Assembly (NCBI GenBank): GCA_963760795.1
Contig: CAVXEP010000018.1
Coordinates: 64,183-128,182, forward strand
Direction: 5' to 3'
DNA length: 64,000 bases
Origin: an uncultured delta proteobacterium
GTDB lineage: Bacteria; Desulfobacterota; Binatia; UBA9968
Shown here: piece after piece, positions 51,973 through 61,830 of the stretch
Layout: every line of letters begins with the position of its first letter
Numbering within the stretch: position 1 is the first letter of the stretch
Made by a program: the position numbers and the translations under genes
Notes under the pieces: generated by a model
Database searches by the model: none
What the model was told of the DNA's origin: nothing
The model's input: only the letters and a program-made list of their open reading frames with translations

Positions 51973-52935
51973 ATGTAGTTTCGCCGTTGCATGCGATCTA
52001 CGCCTGGCAGATTTCCGCCTGTACAATTTATCGATAAATCCCGAGTTGTCGAGCTCGCGCAGATAGTGCAAATCCCATAGCGCCATGGGGCTCAACTGTT
52101 TGGCTTCAGGCGCCTTGATGCAGCCAAGTTCGTAGGCGTTGATGATCGCCTGGGCATCTGGATAAGGCTTGCTCGGCATGCGCTCTAACCGGCTGTATTG
52201 ATAATCTTCGCCGGTTCTTTTGTTTAGGCCGTCTAATATTTTTTGGCTCTTCTGCCGCTGCGTTTTGGCGAAGTGAATGCCGAGCACCAGCGCTTTGACC
52301 AACCCTTCACCCAGCCCCTTTTTCTTGTGCAGCACCGTGTAAGAAGTGGTCAGTGTTGGCCCGTTGATCATCGGCAAGGGACCGAGCGGCAGGATGTGCA
52401 TGCCAAGCTTTTTGTAACGCTCCCCGGCACCGGAAATAAAGCGCGCGTCGGCCTTACGCGATGTCAGCGCTTCGAACTGCTCATCGGAGCTTTCGCTTTC
52501 GACCCACTTTACGTCGCGAATTTTCATGCCGGCGCGGATCATATACATCATGTGGTTGCCCCGGCCATGATGGAATCCGCCCTCCCTGCCTTCCATCGGC
52601 GTATCGGCGACCCGCTTACCGCGCAGATCGCGCAACGACTTGATCCGCTTCCATGACGCGATGCTAGCGTTCTGTTCGTTTACCGGCGAGGCGATGCTGA
52701 CGATCGGCTTGCCCTGCACGACCAATGCATAGGGCGTCAAATGATCGCCGGAAATGAAATCGATCTCTCCTTTGAACAACGCCCGTTCCGCATCCGGCGG
52801 CATCGCGCAGTATTCGAAACTAACGAGATCGAGCCCCGCCTTCTGCCAAATGCGGGCTTTCTCCATAACTTCCCAAATCGGCAGATGACTGCCCGAACGA
52901 TAAACTCCGCGAACTTTGATTTTGCCTTGGGCCAT
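51904..52935 (-). CDS. NMT1-like SBP-fold protein lacking a signal peptide (3' end runs into a repeat)
   Basis: DLRGKRVA, PYP, ELDNSGFIDKLY. Confidence 0.75.
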   Translation of the reverse strand: MAQGKIKVRGVYRSGSHLPIWEVMEKARIWQKAGLDLVSFEYCAMPPDAERALFKGEIDFISGDHLTPYALVVQGKPIVSIASPVNEQNASIASWKRIKSLRDLRGKRVADTPMEGREGGFHHGRGNHMMYMIRAGMKIRDVKWVESESSDEQFEALTSRKADARFISGAGERYKKLGMHILPLGPLPMINGPTLTTSYTVLHKKKGLGEGLVKALVLGIHFAKTQRQKSQKILDGLNKRTGEDYQYSRLERMPSKPYPDAQAIINAYELGCIKAPEAKQLSPMALWDLHYLRELDNSGFIDKLYRRKSARRRSHATAKLHFTTKARRARSSEYYLSKPSCPS

Positions 52936-53069
52936 GAATTTTCCTTCCGTGGTGATATATCTTTCTGGTGGTTCCCCCCTCTTGATATTTCTGTCCGCAG
53001 TTTTCGTCAATCGTCAATATTTTTCTCATTGAGCCTGAAGCTCAAATAAAGGAGAGTGAAATCCAAGAA

Positions 53070-53246
53070 TCCTGGATTCCGTTTTACTCCATCCAGGCTA
53101 CAAAATTTTGTCTTTCGTCGCACCGAAGCGCTTTTCAAGGGAGCGCGGGTTTTCTAACCCGCGATTATCGGATACTTAAACGCGGACAAGAATGTCCGCG
53201 CTCCTTTACGCTCCGAACTTCGTGCCCTTCGTGCCTTCGTGGTGAA
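53070..53246. repeat. Composite REP cluster (GTAG-type REP, GGAG-type doublet, half TCACCACGAAG element)
   Basis: cctggattccgttttactccatccaggctac; ggagcgcg...cgcgctcc; cttcgtgccttcgtggtgaa. Confidence 0.7.
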
Positions 53247-53256
53247 TAGTTCCCGC

Positions 53257-54681
53257 TTACTTCTTGCCAATCGTCGCCAACAGGTCGCCCCACTTGGCTT
53301 GCAGCTTCTGGCGGTCTTCGGCGCCGAAGACGTTGGTCTTGGCGAACTGCTCGCGCCAGGCGAAGGGCTTGCAAGCGTTGATGAGCATTCTGCCGACAGT
53401 CAGATCGCCCTGGGCGCGCCGGGCCGGCGAGACGCGTGGATCGAGATCCGCGGTCCAGGCGTCACGCAGAACATCGACCGCGGTGGCTGGGTCTACGCGA
53501 GTGCACATGGCCCACAATACTTCTTCTTGATTCGTCGGATCGATGTCGTCGTCCACCGTGACGTAGTAGGTCTTCATGTCGCCATGGCGAAAACCCGCGG
53601 CGGTGATCAAGGCTTGCTTGGCGTGGCCGGCGTAGCGTTGCTTCAACGACACCACGGTGAGCAGTCCGTTGTAAAAACCCCAGACGCCGTTGATGTCGGT
53701 GATGCCGGAGCGTTCGAGATGCTCCCATAGATGCACATAGTTGGTGAAGTTGCTCCAGTTGATCGGCCGCAGCGGCGGCGCGCCGGCGATGATCGGATTG
53801 TCACGATAGTAAATCCGCTTGATGCGCACCACCGCTTCCGGTCCCTGATGGGTGTAATAGCCCGGCCATTCGCCGAACGGCCCTTCCACCGCGGTCTCTT
53901 CGCTCTCCGGCGGAATCTCGCCTTCGATGACGATCTCGGCGTGGGCCGGCACGGGCAGCTTGGTCAGCGGCAGCTCGACGACGTCCACCGGACTGCCGCG
54001 ATAGGCGCCGGCGAGTTCATATTCCGACGTACCGAAGGGCGGCGACATCGACGCCGTCATCCAAGTCACCGGCTCGCAGCCGAACACCACCGCCACCGGC
54101 GCGGCCTTGCCATCGCGCCAATATTTTTGCGCGAGAATGCGCCCATGCTTCTGCGGATTGATCCACAGGCTGACGCGGTCGCGGCGCTGCACCATGGCGC
54201 GGTAGCAACCCATGTTGACCCAGCCCTGTTCGGGATCGCGGACGATCACCATATCCTGGGTGCCGATGTAGCGACCGCCGTCGCCGGGATGCCAGCGCGG
54301 CGCGGGGAAGTTTTCAATGTTGACGGCGTCGCCTTGCTGTACGTTGGCCAGCACCGGTCCGTCTTTGACCACCCGCGCGGGAATCGGTTTTGAATCCGCC
54401 CGCTTGTCGCGCCAGCGGCGCAGCAATTCCAACGGATGAATGTCGAGGGGCAAAGCCATGGCCAAAGCAAAACGGCGCAGCGTGCGGTTGGCGTTGGCGG
54501 CGACGCGAAAGCCCGCCGGATAGCCGGCGAACTTGTCGAACAGCACCATCGGCCCGTTTTTCTCCGCCGTCAGTTCGGTCAATCCGCCGACATCCATCTC
54601 CAGGTCCGCGCCTTCGACATGGAGCACCTCGCCGACCTGGTCCGCCGCGGTGATAAAATCACCCAGTGATTCGAATGACAT
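53257..54681 (-). CDS. UbiD-family (prFMN-dependent) decarboxylase
   Basis: DGGRYIGT, NMGCYR, EGPFGEWPGYY, VDDDID. Confidence 0.93.
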   Translation of the reverse strand: MSFESLGDFITAADQVGEVLHVEGADLEMDVGGLTELTAEKNGPMVLFDKFAGYPAGFRVAANANRTLRRFALAMALPLDIHPLELLRRWRDKRADSKPIPARVVKDGPVLANVQQGDAVNIENFPAPRWHPGDGGRYIGTQDMVIVRDPEQGWVNMGCYRAMVQRRDRVSLWINPQKHGRILAQKYWRDGKAAPVAVVFGCEPVTWMTASMSPPFGTSEYELAGAYRGSPVDVVELPLTKLPVPAHAEIVIEGEIPPESEETAVEGPFGEWPGYYTHQGPEAVVRIKRIYYRDNPIIAGAPPLRPINWSNFTNYVHLWEHLERSGITDINGVWGFYNGLLTVVSLKQRYAGHAKQALITAAGFRHGDMKTYYVTVDDDIDPTNQEEVLWAMCTRVDPATAVDVLRDAWTADLDPRVSPARRAQGDLTVGRMLINACKPFAWREQFAKTNVFGAEDRQKLQAKWGDLLATIGKK

Positions 54682-54697
54682 TTCCCCTCCAAAAACA

Positions 54698-54773
54698 GTA
54701 AGGAGTGAATAGTAAGGAGTTAGGGGTGGGAGAGGACTCCTGACTCCTGTCTCCTTACTCCTTACTCCTGACT
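54698..54773. repeat. Inverted heptamer arrays AGTAAGG / ACTCCTK
   Basis: agtaaggagtgaatagtaaggagttagg...actcctgactcctgtctccttactccttactcctg. Confidence 0.75.
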
Positions 54774-55451
54774 GTTATTTTCTTCTACCCGTTCCACCCG
54801 CCCATCGCGCAAGTAAATCTTCCGATCGGCATATCCCGCCGCCTCCTCGCTATGGGTCACCATGACGATGGTGCAACCGTCTTGGCGATTGACCAGGCGC
54901 AAGAGTTCGAGGATAGCGCTACCGTTTTGCGAATCGAGATTGCCGGTGGGCTCGTCGGCGAGCAGTATCGGCGGGTTAAACGCCAGCGCCCGGGCGACGG
55001 CCACGCGCTGAATCTCGCCGCCGGAAAGCGCCTCGGGGAGATGCTGTTGGCGATGTTGCAGACCAACTTTTGCCAGCAGAGCGGCGGCGCGCGCATCCGC
55101 CTCGGCCTTGCTGCGGCCGTCGAGCACGAAAGGCAGCGCGATGTTCTCCGCCGCGGTTAAGGTCGGCAGTAGATTGAAGAACTGAAAAATGAAACCGATC
55201 TGGTTGCGGCGAAACAGCGTCACTTGGTCGTCCGCCATCTGGCCAATCAATCGGCCGTCGACCAGCAGCTCGCCGCTGCTCGGCCGGTCCAAGCCGCCGA
55301 TCAAATGCAGCAGCGTGCTTTTCCCCGAACCGCTCTGTCCCATCACCGCCGCGAACCCGCCCTGGGGAATCTCCAACGAGACCCCGGCAAGCGCGATGAT
55401 CCGACTCTCGCCCTGCTGGTAAACTTTGCCAACGTCGGTGCAGCGAATCAT
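54762..55451 (-). CDS. ABC ATPase, LolD/MacB-like
   Basis: GQSGSGKST, LSGGE, ADEPTGNLD. Confidence 0.92.
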   Translation of the reverse strand: MIRCTDVGKVYQQGESRIIALAGVSLEIPQGGFAAVMGQSGSGKSTLLHLIGGLDRPSSGELLVDGRLIGQMADDQVTLFRRNQIGFIFQFFNLLPTLTAAENIALPFVLDGRSKAEADARAAALLAKVGLQHRQQHLPEALSGGEIQRVAVARALAFNPPILLADEPTGNLDSQNGSAILELLRLVNRQDGCTIVMVTHSEEAAGYADRKIYLRDGRVERVEENNSQE

Positions 55452-55463
55452 GAAGCGGCAGGG

Positions 55464-55829
55464 TTAACAGAACAGCTGGATGGTCGGCGCACCCAAAGCG
55501 CTGGCGGTTTGTTGTTGATCTTTTTCCAACGCGGCAAGATTGGCGCTGACGCCGGCCATCAGCGCGTCGACGTTAACGCCGAGATACACCGGGCTGTAGG
55601 CCTGGAGTTTTTCCATACCCATACGCCAGAGCTTCAACGCGCCCGCCGGCACGCCCTGTTCAAGCTTGTAATAGCCGGCGGCGATCTGAATGATGCCCTG
55701 ATAAAATTTGCGCTCCTCGCCATGCTCCTCCAGCCAGATCTCTTCGAGGGTCTCGTGGCACTCGAAATACAGTCCATTGTTGAACTCTTCAATGCCCTTG
55801 ATGAATCGCGGATCGTCTTGTAGTTCCAT
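55464..55829 (-). CDS. DUF309 family protein
   Basis: FNNGLYFECHETLEEIW...YQGIIQIA. Confidence 0.9.
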   Translation of the reverse strand: MELQDDPRFIKGIEEFNNGLYFECHETLEEIWLEEHGEERKFYQGIIQIAAGYYKLEQGVPAGALKLWRMGMEKLQAYSPVYLGVNVDALMAGVSANLAALEKDQQQTASALGAPTIQLFC

Positions 55830-55860
55830 AATCGCTGCACCAGGAATGATTAATGCAATC

Positions 55861-55945
55861 TCACCACGAAGGTCGACGAAGAGCAGGAAGGTTTCGGAGT
55901 GATTAATCGTTCCGAACTTATGCCCTTCGTGCCCTTCGTGGTGAA
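55861..55945. repeat. TCACCACGAAG palindromic element
   Basis: Same arms, more diverged. Confidence 0.85.
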
Positions 55946-56010
55946 TAGTCTTTCTGTCCTTCGGTTGCGGCGTTGCCGCCCAAGTCCCATTGTGGTTAAG
56001 TTGTCACACT

Positions 56011-57318
56011 TTGATTACCGAACACATTTCACAACCTACCCCGAAAACCGAACTAGAACTAGATATCGACCGGCTTTCCTACGGCCCCTACGGCATCGGC
56101 CGCAGCGACGGCAAGGCGATCATGATTCCCAACAGCGCTCCCGGCGACCGCGTGGTCGCCCGACTCACTGAAACCAAAGAACGCTACGCCATCGGTGAGA
56201 TCGTAAGAATCATCGCGCCATCGCCGCTGCGCCAGACCCCGCCTTGCCCCTACGTCGGCGATTGCGGCGGTTGTACTTGGCAACATATCGGTTACCAAGA
56301 GCAACTCAAGGCCAAAGAGCAGAGCGTTGCCGACGCCCTGCGGCGCATCGGCAAGCTTGACGGTTTTGACCTGCGGCCGATCATCGCCTCGCCCAGCGCC
56401 GAGCATTACCGCCGGCGCATTCGGTTGCAAGTCAGCGCGGTGAAGCGCTTGGGTTTTTACAGCGGCGCGTCGCACCATCTAGTCGAAGTCGATACTTGCC
56501 TGATCGCCGCGCAGCCGCTGAACGCGGTCATCGCGCCGCTGCGCGCCTGGCTCGACCAGCTCGCTGCCAACCTCGAGCATATCGAGATCGTCAGCGGCGA
56601 CGAGACTGGCCAAACTGTGGTCACGGCAACAGCCACCGAACCGCTGCGGCCAAGCGATGAGGAGCTCTGCGGCCAACTGGTCGGTGCGGCAAACTCTTCT
56701 ATTAATGGTGTCATTATGCAAGCCGGCGACTGGCGCAAAACCTGGGGCACACCATCGATCACGGTGGCGCTGCAAGACGACCTAGCGCTCAAACTCGACG
56801 CCGACACCTTCACCCAGGTCAATGCCGAGGCCAACCGCCTTATGCTCGCCGAACTCCTGAACGCCGGCGCCTTTGACAAACAGGATCGCGTCTTGGAGCT
56901 CTACTCCGGCGCTGGGAATTTCACTTTGCCCATCGCCCGGCAGGCAGGTGAAATCACCGCGGTGGAAGGTTTCCGCACCGCGGTCGCTAGCGGTAAACTC
57001 AACGGCCAGAGAAACGGCCTCGACAACATCCATTGGATATGCGCGCCAGTGCCCCGGGCGTTATCGCAACTCAAACAGCAGCGCCAAAAGTATTCCAAGA
57101 TCGTCCTCGATCCGCCCCGTACCGGCGCCAAGGGAATTGAAGCCGATATCAGCGCGCTGGGCGCGGCGACGATGATCTATATCTCGTGCAATCCGACAAC
57201 CCTGGCGCGCGACCTGGCCGCGCTTGGCAAGCTTGGCTACAAGCTCCGATTCGTCCAACCGGTTGACTTTTTCCCGCACACCTTCCATGTAGAATCGTTG
57301 GCCGTAATGACCCGCTGA
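56011..57318 (+). CDS. rlmD: 23S rRNA m5U methyltransferase, RlmD/TrmA family with TRAM domain
   Basis: CPY..CGGC, FTQVN, LYSGAG, DPPR, YISCNP, FPHTFHVE. Start approximate. Confidence 0.85.
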   Translation: MITEHISQPTPKTELELDIDRLSYGPYGIGRSDGKAIMIPNSAPGDRVVARLTETKERYAIGEIVRIIAPSPLRQTPPCPYVGDCGGCTWQHIGYQEQLKAKEQSVADALRRIGKLDGFDLRPIIASPSAEHYRRRIRLQVSAVKRLGFYSGASHHLVEVDTCLIAAQPLNAVIAPLRAWLDQLAANLEHIEIVSGDETGQTVVTATATEPLRPSDEELCGQLVGAANSSINGVIMQAGDWRKTWGTPSITVALQDDLALKLDADTFTQVNAEANRLMLAELLNAGAFDKQDRVLELYSGAGNFTLPIARQAGEITAVEGFRTAVASGKLNGQRNGLDNIHWICAPVPRALSQLKQQRQKYSKIVLDPPRTGAKGIEADISALGAATMIYISCNPTTLARDLAALGKLGYKLRFVQPVDFFPHTFHVESLAVMTR

Positions 57319-57329
57319 GGAGGACGATT

Positions 57330-58316
57330 ATGATGAAAATATTGTTTATCGGTATGACACTTTTCGCCCTTTGCTTAAGTGACGAATCGGCAAGGGCAGC
57401 GGCGGCGCCGGACCGGCTCGTGGGTCTGCACTCGGCCCAGGTGATGTCCCAGTCAATGCCATGGATCGCGCGGGAAGCCGGCCTGTTCAAGAAATACGAT
57501 CTCGACTTCAATTTGGTTTTCATTCCCTCATCGCCGGTCGCCACCGCCGCGACCATCAGCGGCGACGCCGAGATCGGCGTCACCGGCGCCGTCGGCAACG
57601 TCCGCGCCATCGTTCAAGGTACCAATGATCTTGTCTTCATCGGCGGCATGAAGAACTTTTTGACCCATAGCATCATGGGCAAGGCGGACATCAAGAGCCC
57701 GCAGGATCTCAAAGGCAAGAAAGTCGCCGTCGGCCGCTTCGGCGGCAACACCCACTATTTTGTCATTCAGGCGCTGCGCCGCTTCGGCATGGATGCCAGC
57801 AAGGATATTCAAACGATCCAAACCGGCGGCGGGCCGGAAACCGTGGCGTCGCTCCTCGGCGGCAACGTCGATGCCGCCGGCCTAGTGGCGCCCGGCGATT
57901 TCCAGGTCGCCTCGCGCGGCTACCGCTATGTCGTCAATGGCTTCGACTTGAAGATCCCCTATGCCGCCACCTGCGTCGTCACCCTGCGCTCGCTGATCAA
58001 CAAACGCGGCCCGGTCATCAGCCGCTTCATGCGCGCCATGGCCGAAGCTACCAAGCTCATGCACAGCGACCGCGCGTTAGTTTATAAAGTGCTCGGCAAA
58101 TATCTGCGCATCACCGACCCGAAGGTTCTCGACGCATCCTACAATTCCGAGATCGCCGCCATGGAACACCGGCTGGAAATCCACGAAGCAGCGCTGCAAG
58201 CATCGCTCGACGAGATCGCGCCCCTCGACGCGCGCGCCAAAGCGATCAAACCTGCCGACATGATCGACCGGCGTTATCTGGTCGAATTGGAAAAAAGCGG
58301 GGTGTTTGCAAAATAG
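57330..58316 (+). CDS. NMT1/SsuA-type ABC substrate-binding protein
   Basis: Signal peptide, AREAGLFKKY, DLKGKKVAV. Confidence 0.88.
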   Translation: MMKILFIGMTLFALCLSDESARAAAAPDRLVGLHSAQVMSQSMPWIAREAGLFKKYDLDFNLVFIPSSPVATAATISGDAEIGVTGAVGNVRAIVQGTNDLVFIGGMKNFLTHSIMGKADIKSPQDLKGKKVAVGRFGGNTHYFVIQALRRFGMDASKDIQTIQTGGGPETVASLLGGNVDAAGLVAPGDFQVASRGYRYVVNGFDLKIPYAATCVVTLRSLINKRGPVISRFMRAMAEATKLMHSDRALVYKVLGKYLRITDPKVLDASYNSEIAAMEHRLEIHEAALQASLDEIAPLDARAKAIKPADMIDRRYLVELEKSGVFAK

Positions 58317-58345
58317 GCGCGATGCAACAGGAAGCGAAGAGTTCA

Positions 58346-59343
58346 ATGCCACACAAAGCCATCGACATTCACCATCATTACGTGCCGCAGCAGCTGATCG
58401 AGGAAACTCAAAAGCATGGCAAAGCGCTTGGCGTTGAGGTCGCAGACGACAAAGGGAGTTGGTCGCTGTCTTTCAACGGCAGTAAACCACACCGTTTGCC
58501 GCCGCCAATCTTCGACGTCGAAAAACATCTCGATATCATGGACCGGGGCCAGGTTGGTTTCGCAACCCTCGAAGCCAACACCAACAGCTTGGGCTATCGA
58601 TTGAACGGCAGCCAAGGCGAGGCCTGGTGCAATCTCTACAACGATTGCACCCAGCTGTTGGCAAAACAGCGACCGGATCGCTTCATCGGCATGGCGGTGG
58701 TGCCGCTGCAAGATGCCACGCGCTGCGGCAAGGGTATTGCAGCACGCCATCGTCGATCTTAAATTTCGCGGCGCCTTTATCGGCACCAACGTCAACGGCC
58801 AATATTACAACGTCACCGACTTCGATCCGTTCTGGGCCAAGGCGCAAGAGCTCGACATCATGATCGTCATGCACCCCGAGCATATCGCCGGCGCCGAGCG
58901 CATGACCGAATACGGTTTGAACGTCGTCTGCGGCAATCCCGCCGACTCGACCTTGTCGCTGGGCTACATGCTCTACAGCGGCCTGTTCGACCGCTTTCCC
59001 AATTTAAAAATCTGCGCACTCCACGGCGGCGGCTTTCTGCCGTTTCATCTCGGCCGCTTCGACAAAGGGTTCACCACCGGTCAGAAAACTCGCCCGGCAC
59101 TGGCGAAAAATCCGCCCAGCGCCTATCTTAAAAAATCTCTACTTCGACACGCTGGTCTACGACGTCGACACGTTGGAATATTTAAAAGCCAAAGTCGGCG
59201 CCGACAAACTCATGCTCGGCACCGACTATCCTTACACCCTCGGCGACTGGATGGCGGTCGAAAAGGTCCAGGCATTGAAATGCTCCGACGCCGACAAAGA
59301 GGCGATCTTGGTAGGTAATGCCAAGCGGCTATTGAAATTGTAA
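58346..59343 (+). CDS. ACMSD-like amidohydrolase/decarboxylase, two frameshifts
   Basis: IDIHHH, VMHP, HGGG, MLGTDYPY across three frames. Confidence 0.85.
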
Positions 59344-59371
59344 GGAGCGCCGCAGCTCCCTAATCATACTC

Positions 59372-59452
59372 CTTCTCCCTCTGGGAGAAGGCTGGGATGA
59401 GGGCTCAGCAAACTGCGGCCCTCACCCTAAACCCTCTCCCAGCGGGAGAGGG
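59372..59452. repeat. CCTCTCCC-type palindromic repeat
   Basis: ccttctccctctgggagaaggctgggatgaggg...ccctcaccctaaccctctcccagcgggagaggg. Confidence 0.75.
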
Positions 59453-59474
59453 AATCGAATTGACTGTTGAACAG

Positions 59475-60407
59475 CTAGTTAAGGCCGAAAAGTTTCTTAG
59501 CATTCAAATAATAAATCTTCTCCTTATCCGCCGCCGGTACATCCAACTCTTCCATCGCTTTCAAAGTCATCGGGTAGAACTGATCGTCGCGTCCTTCCCG
59601 GCCGTGCGGATAGTCGGCGCCAAAGAGGATCTGATCTGCGCCCACCGTGTCGCAGACCAGCTTGATAAACGGCGCGCGGATCGGCCCGGCGGTGTCGTAA
59701 AAGATCTTCTTGAAATAGACTTCCGGCTCCTCCTTGCACAGCGGATCGCCTTCGCGCCAATTGAGCCGGTCGAGATAGCACAGAATCATCGCGCCTAAAT
59801 GGGATGCGATCAGCTTCAAGTTTGGATAGCGGTCGAACATGCCAGCATAAACGATACGCGATAACGCCAGCGTGCTGTCGGTGGGCCAGAGGATTTTCTG
59901 GTGCAGCGAGTACTTGTCCCAATTGGCCTGGCACGGTGCGTTGGCCGGATGGAGAAACAACGGCTTGCCGCCGGCGGCCAGCGCGTCCCAAAACGGTTTG
60001 AACTCCGGTTCGTCGATGTACTTGCCGGCGACATTGGTCGGCATCATCACGCCATGCATCTTGAGATCTTTGTAGCAGCGCTCCAACTCGCGCACACAAT
60101 CCTCCATATCGAGCATCGGCAATCGCGCGAACGCCAAAAAGCGCCGCGGATATTTGGCGTGGGCTTCGGCGAAACCATCGTTCAAGACCCTGCACAGCTC
60201 CAACGCCGTGGCGCGATCGCCGCCTTTTTCGATCCTGCCGCCGGTGTTCGATAGTACACCCATATCGATTCCGTACTTGTCCATCACATTGAGATATTCC
60301 TGATGATCGAAAGCATGGAAACCGACGCCCCGAACGTCATTTTTCGCCTCCGGCATCAGCTCGAGAAATTTTCCGGGAAAGGCGTGAAAGTGAGTATCAA
60401 TGATCAT
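59475..60407 (-). CDS. ACMSD-like amidohydrolase/decarboxylase
   Basis: IDTHFH, FLHP, SHLG, FGADYPH. Confidence 0.9.
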   Translation of the reverse strand: MIIDTHFHAFPGKFLELMPEAKNDVRGVGFHAFDHQEYLNVMDKYGIDMGVLSNTGGRIEKGGDRATALELCRVLNDGFAEAHAKYPRRFLAFARLPMLDMEDCVRELERCYKDLKMHGVMMPTNVAGKYIDEPEFKPFWDALAAGGKPLFLHPANAPCQANWDKYSLHQKILWPTDSTLALSRIVYAGMFDRYPNLKLIASHLGAMILCYLDRLNWREGDPLCKEEPEVYFKKIFYDTAGPIRAPFIKLVCDTVGADQILFGADYPHGREGRDDQFYPMTLKAMEELDVPAADKEKIYYLNAKKLFGLN

Positions 60408-60465
60408 GTGCTTTTCCTTTCGTGATCATGCCGTGGTTGTTCGATAATGTCGCCAAATAACCGTC

Positions 60466-60609
60466 TCACCACGAAGGCACGAAGGACACGAAGAGTGTGG
60501 ATATTTCGGATAATTTGAACTCCGACCTTCGTGATCTTCGTGTCCTTCGTGGTGAAAAGGTCTTTCCCATTTGGTTGCGGCTGTGCCGCACTACGTCCTT
60601 CGTGGTGAA
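60466..60609. repeat. TCACCACGAAG palindromic element plus an extra arm
   Basis: Full copy at 60466-60556; extra cttcgtggtgaa near 60598. Confidence 0.85.
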
Positions 60610-60629
60610 TCCTGATCTTTTCCTGTTCG

Positions 60630-61652
60630 TTACTTTCCCGTCTCGCCATACAGCCGCTTGACGAAGCCGCTCGCCTCGATCTCGCGCAGCAAACGGCCAT
60701 CGACGAACTCGCGCGGGTCGACAGTGCGCACTTTTGGATTGGTTTCGCTCACCTGGGTGATACCGAGCTTCATCGCCTCGAGGTCGGGATAGGGAACCCG
60801 TTCGAAGGCCGCGGCATAGACTCGCTGGGTTTCCTCCAACATCGCCCGCTCGCTGGTCTGGGTATATTTGCCGATCACGTTCATGGCGAAATTGGCGTCG
60901 GTTTTAAACCGGTGCGCCGCTTCGATATGCGCTTCGAGTAAGCGGCGAACCGCAGATTCATTGCTGCGCAATAGCTTTTGAGTCACGATCACCGACGATA
61001 GCGGATAGCGATATCCCGCCGTATTGTAATCGACCAAGACGCGAAACCCGGCTGCGCGAGCGTGCAACACCGCGGGAAAACCGAACGTGCCGCCCTCGAC
61101 CTGTCCGGCTTTGAGCGCGGCGACGATCTCAGGTAATCCCCCCGCCTGGCGGATCATGACGTCCTTGTCCGGCACGAGATTGTTTTGGCGCAAGTACAGG
61201 CGTGTGAAGAAGTCCGTCACCGTGCCGATGCGCGTCACGCCAATGGTCTTGCCGCGCATCTCCTCGATGCGCTGAATCTGCGGTGCCGCCACCGTGAAAA
61301 CCAAGACCCGGGTGACCGGCAAAGCAATATAGATCGTATCCGCCCCTGCCAGCCTGGCATCGACCCCCGCCGGCCCGCCGATCTCGGCAACGTCAACACT
61401 GCCACCCACCAGAGTCTGTACCGCGCGCGCCCCCGACGCGATATAAACCAACTCGACATCCAATCCATGGCGCTGGAAGATGCCCGCTTCCTTAGCGAGC
61501 CACGGCAGCGAAAATGCCGCGGTGATGGCGGCATAAGCGACCCGCAGCTTTTGCAGCCCTTCAGCCGCGCTGACGGTTCGCCCGGAGAAGAGCAACGCCA
61601 GGCACACCGCCATGCCGAGAAATCCGCGTGAAGAAAATCCAAACGAGTTCAT
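60630..61652 (-). CDS. NMT1/SsuA-type ABC substrate-binding protein
   Basis: Signal peptide, KEAGIFQRHGLDVELV, EIEASGFV. Confidence 0.88.
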   Translation of the reverse strand: MNSFGFSSRGFLGMAVCLALLFSGRTVSAAEGLQKLRVAYAAITAAFSLPWLAKEAGIFQRHGLDVELVYIASGARAVQTLVGGSVDVAEIGGPAGVDARLAGADTIYIALPVTRVLVFTVAAPQIQRIEEMRGKTIGVTRIGTVTDFFTRLYLRQNNLVPDKDVMIRQAGGLPEIVAALKAGQVEGGTFGFPAVLHARAAGFRVLVDYNTAGYRYPLSSVIVTQKLLRSNESAVRRLLEAHIEAAHRFKTDANFAMNVIGKYTQTSERAMLEETQRVYAAAFERVPYPDLEAMKLGITQVSETNPKVRTVDPREFVDGRLLREIEASGFVKRLYGETGK

Positions 61653-61704
61653 GCTTTTCTCCTCAACAGAAACTCGCGCCCAGACTTGGTGACGCCGAGG
61701 CAAG

Positions 61705-61822
61705 AGGGCAGGTTTTAAACCTGCCCTACGAATCCCCATTCTTTTTTGCGTTCTTTGCGGTTAAATCTCCGCTTCCGAAACTCTTCTGCCGACCTTCGTG
61801 TCCTTCGCGCCTTCGTGGTGAA
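61705..61822. repeat. Composite REP cluster
   Basis: agggcaggttttaaacctgccctac; tttgcgttctttgcgg; cttcgtgtccttcgcgccttcgtggtgaa. Confidence 0.7.
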
Positions 61823-61830
61823 GACTTTCC

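Noticed and set aside
54762-55451. LolD-like ATPase as the missing ATPase of the Fe-type or NMT1 importers
   Set aside because: It belongs to the MacB/LolD exporter-type family and is far from those genes; no supporting evidence.
44785-61822. Repeats with variable centres as a CRISPR array
   Set aside because: Copies are dispersed palindromes kilobases apart, and there are no cas genes.
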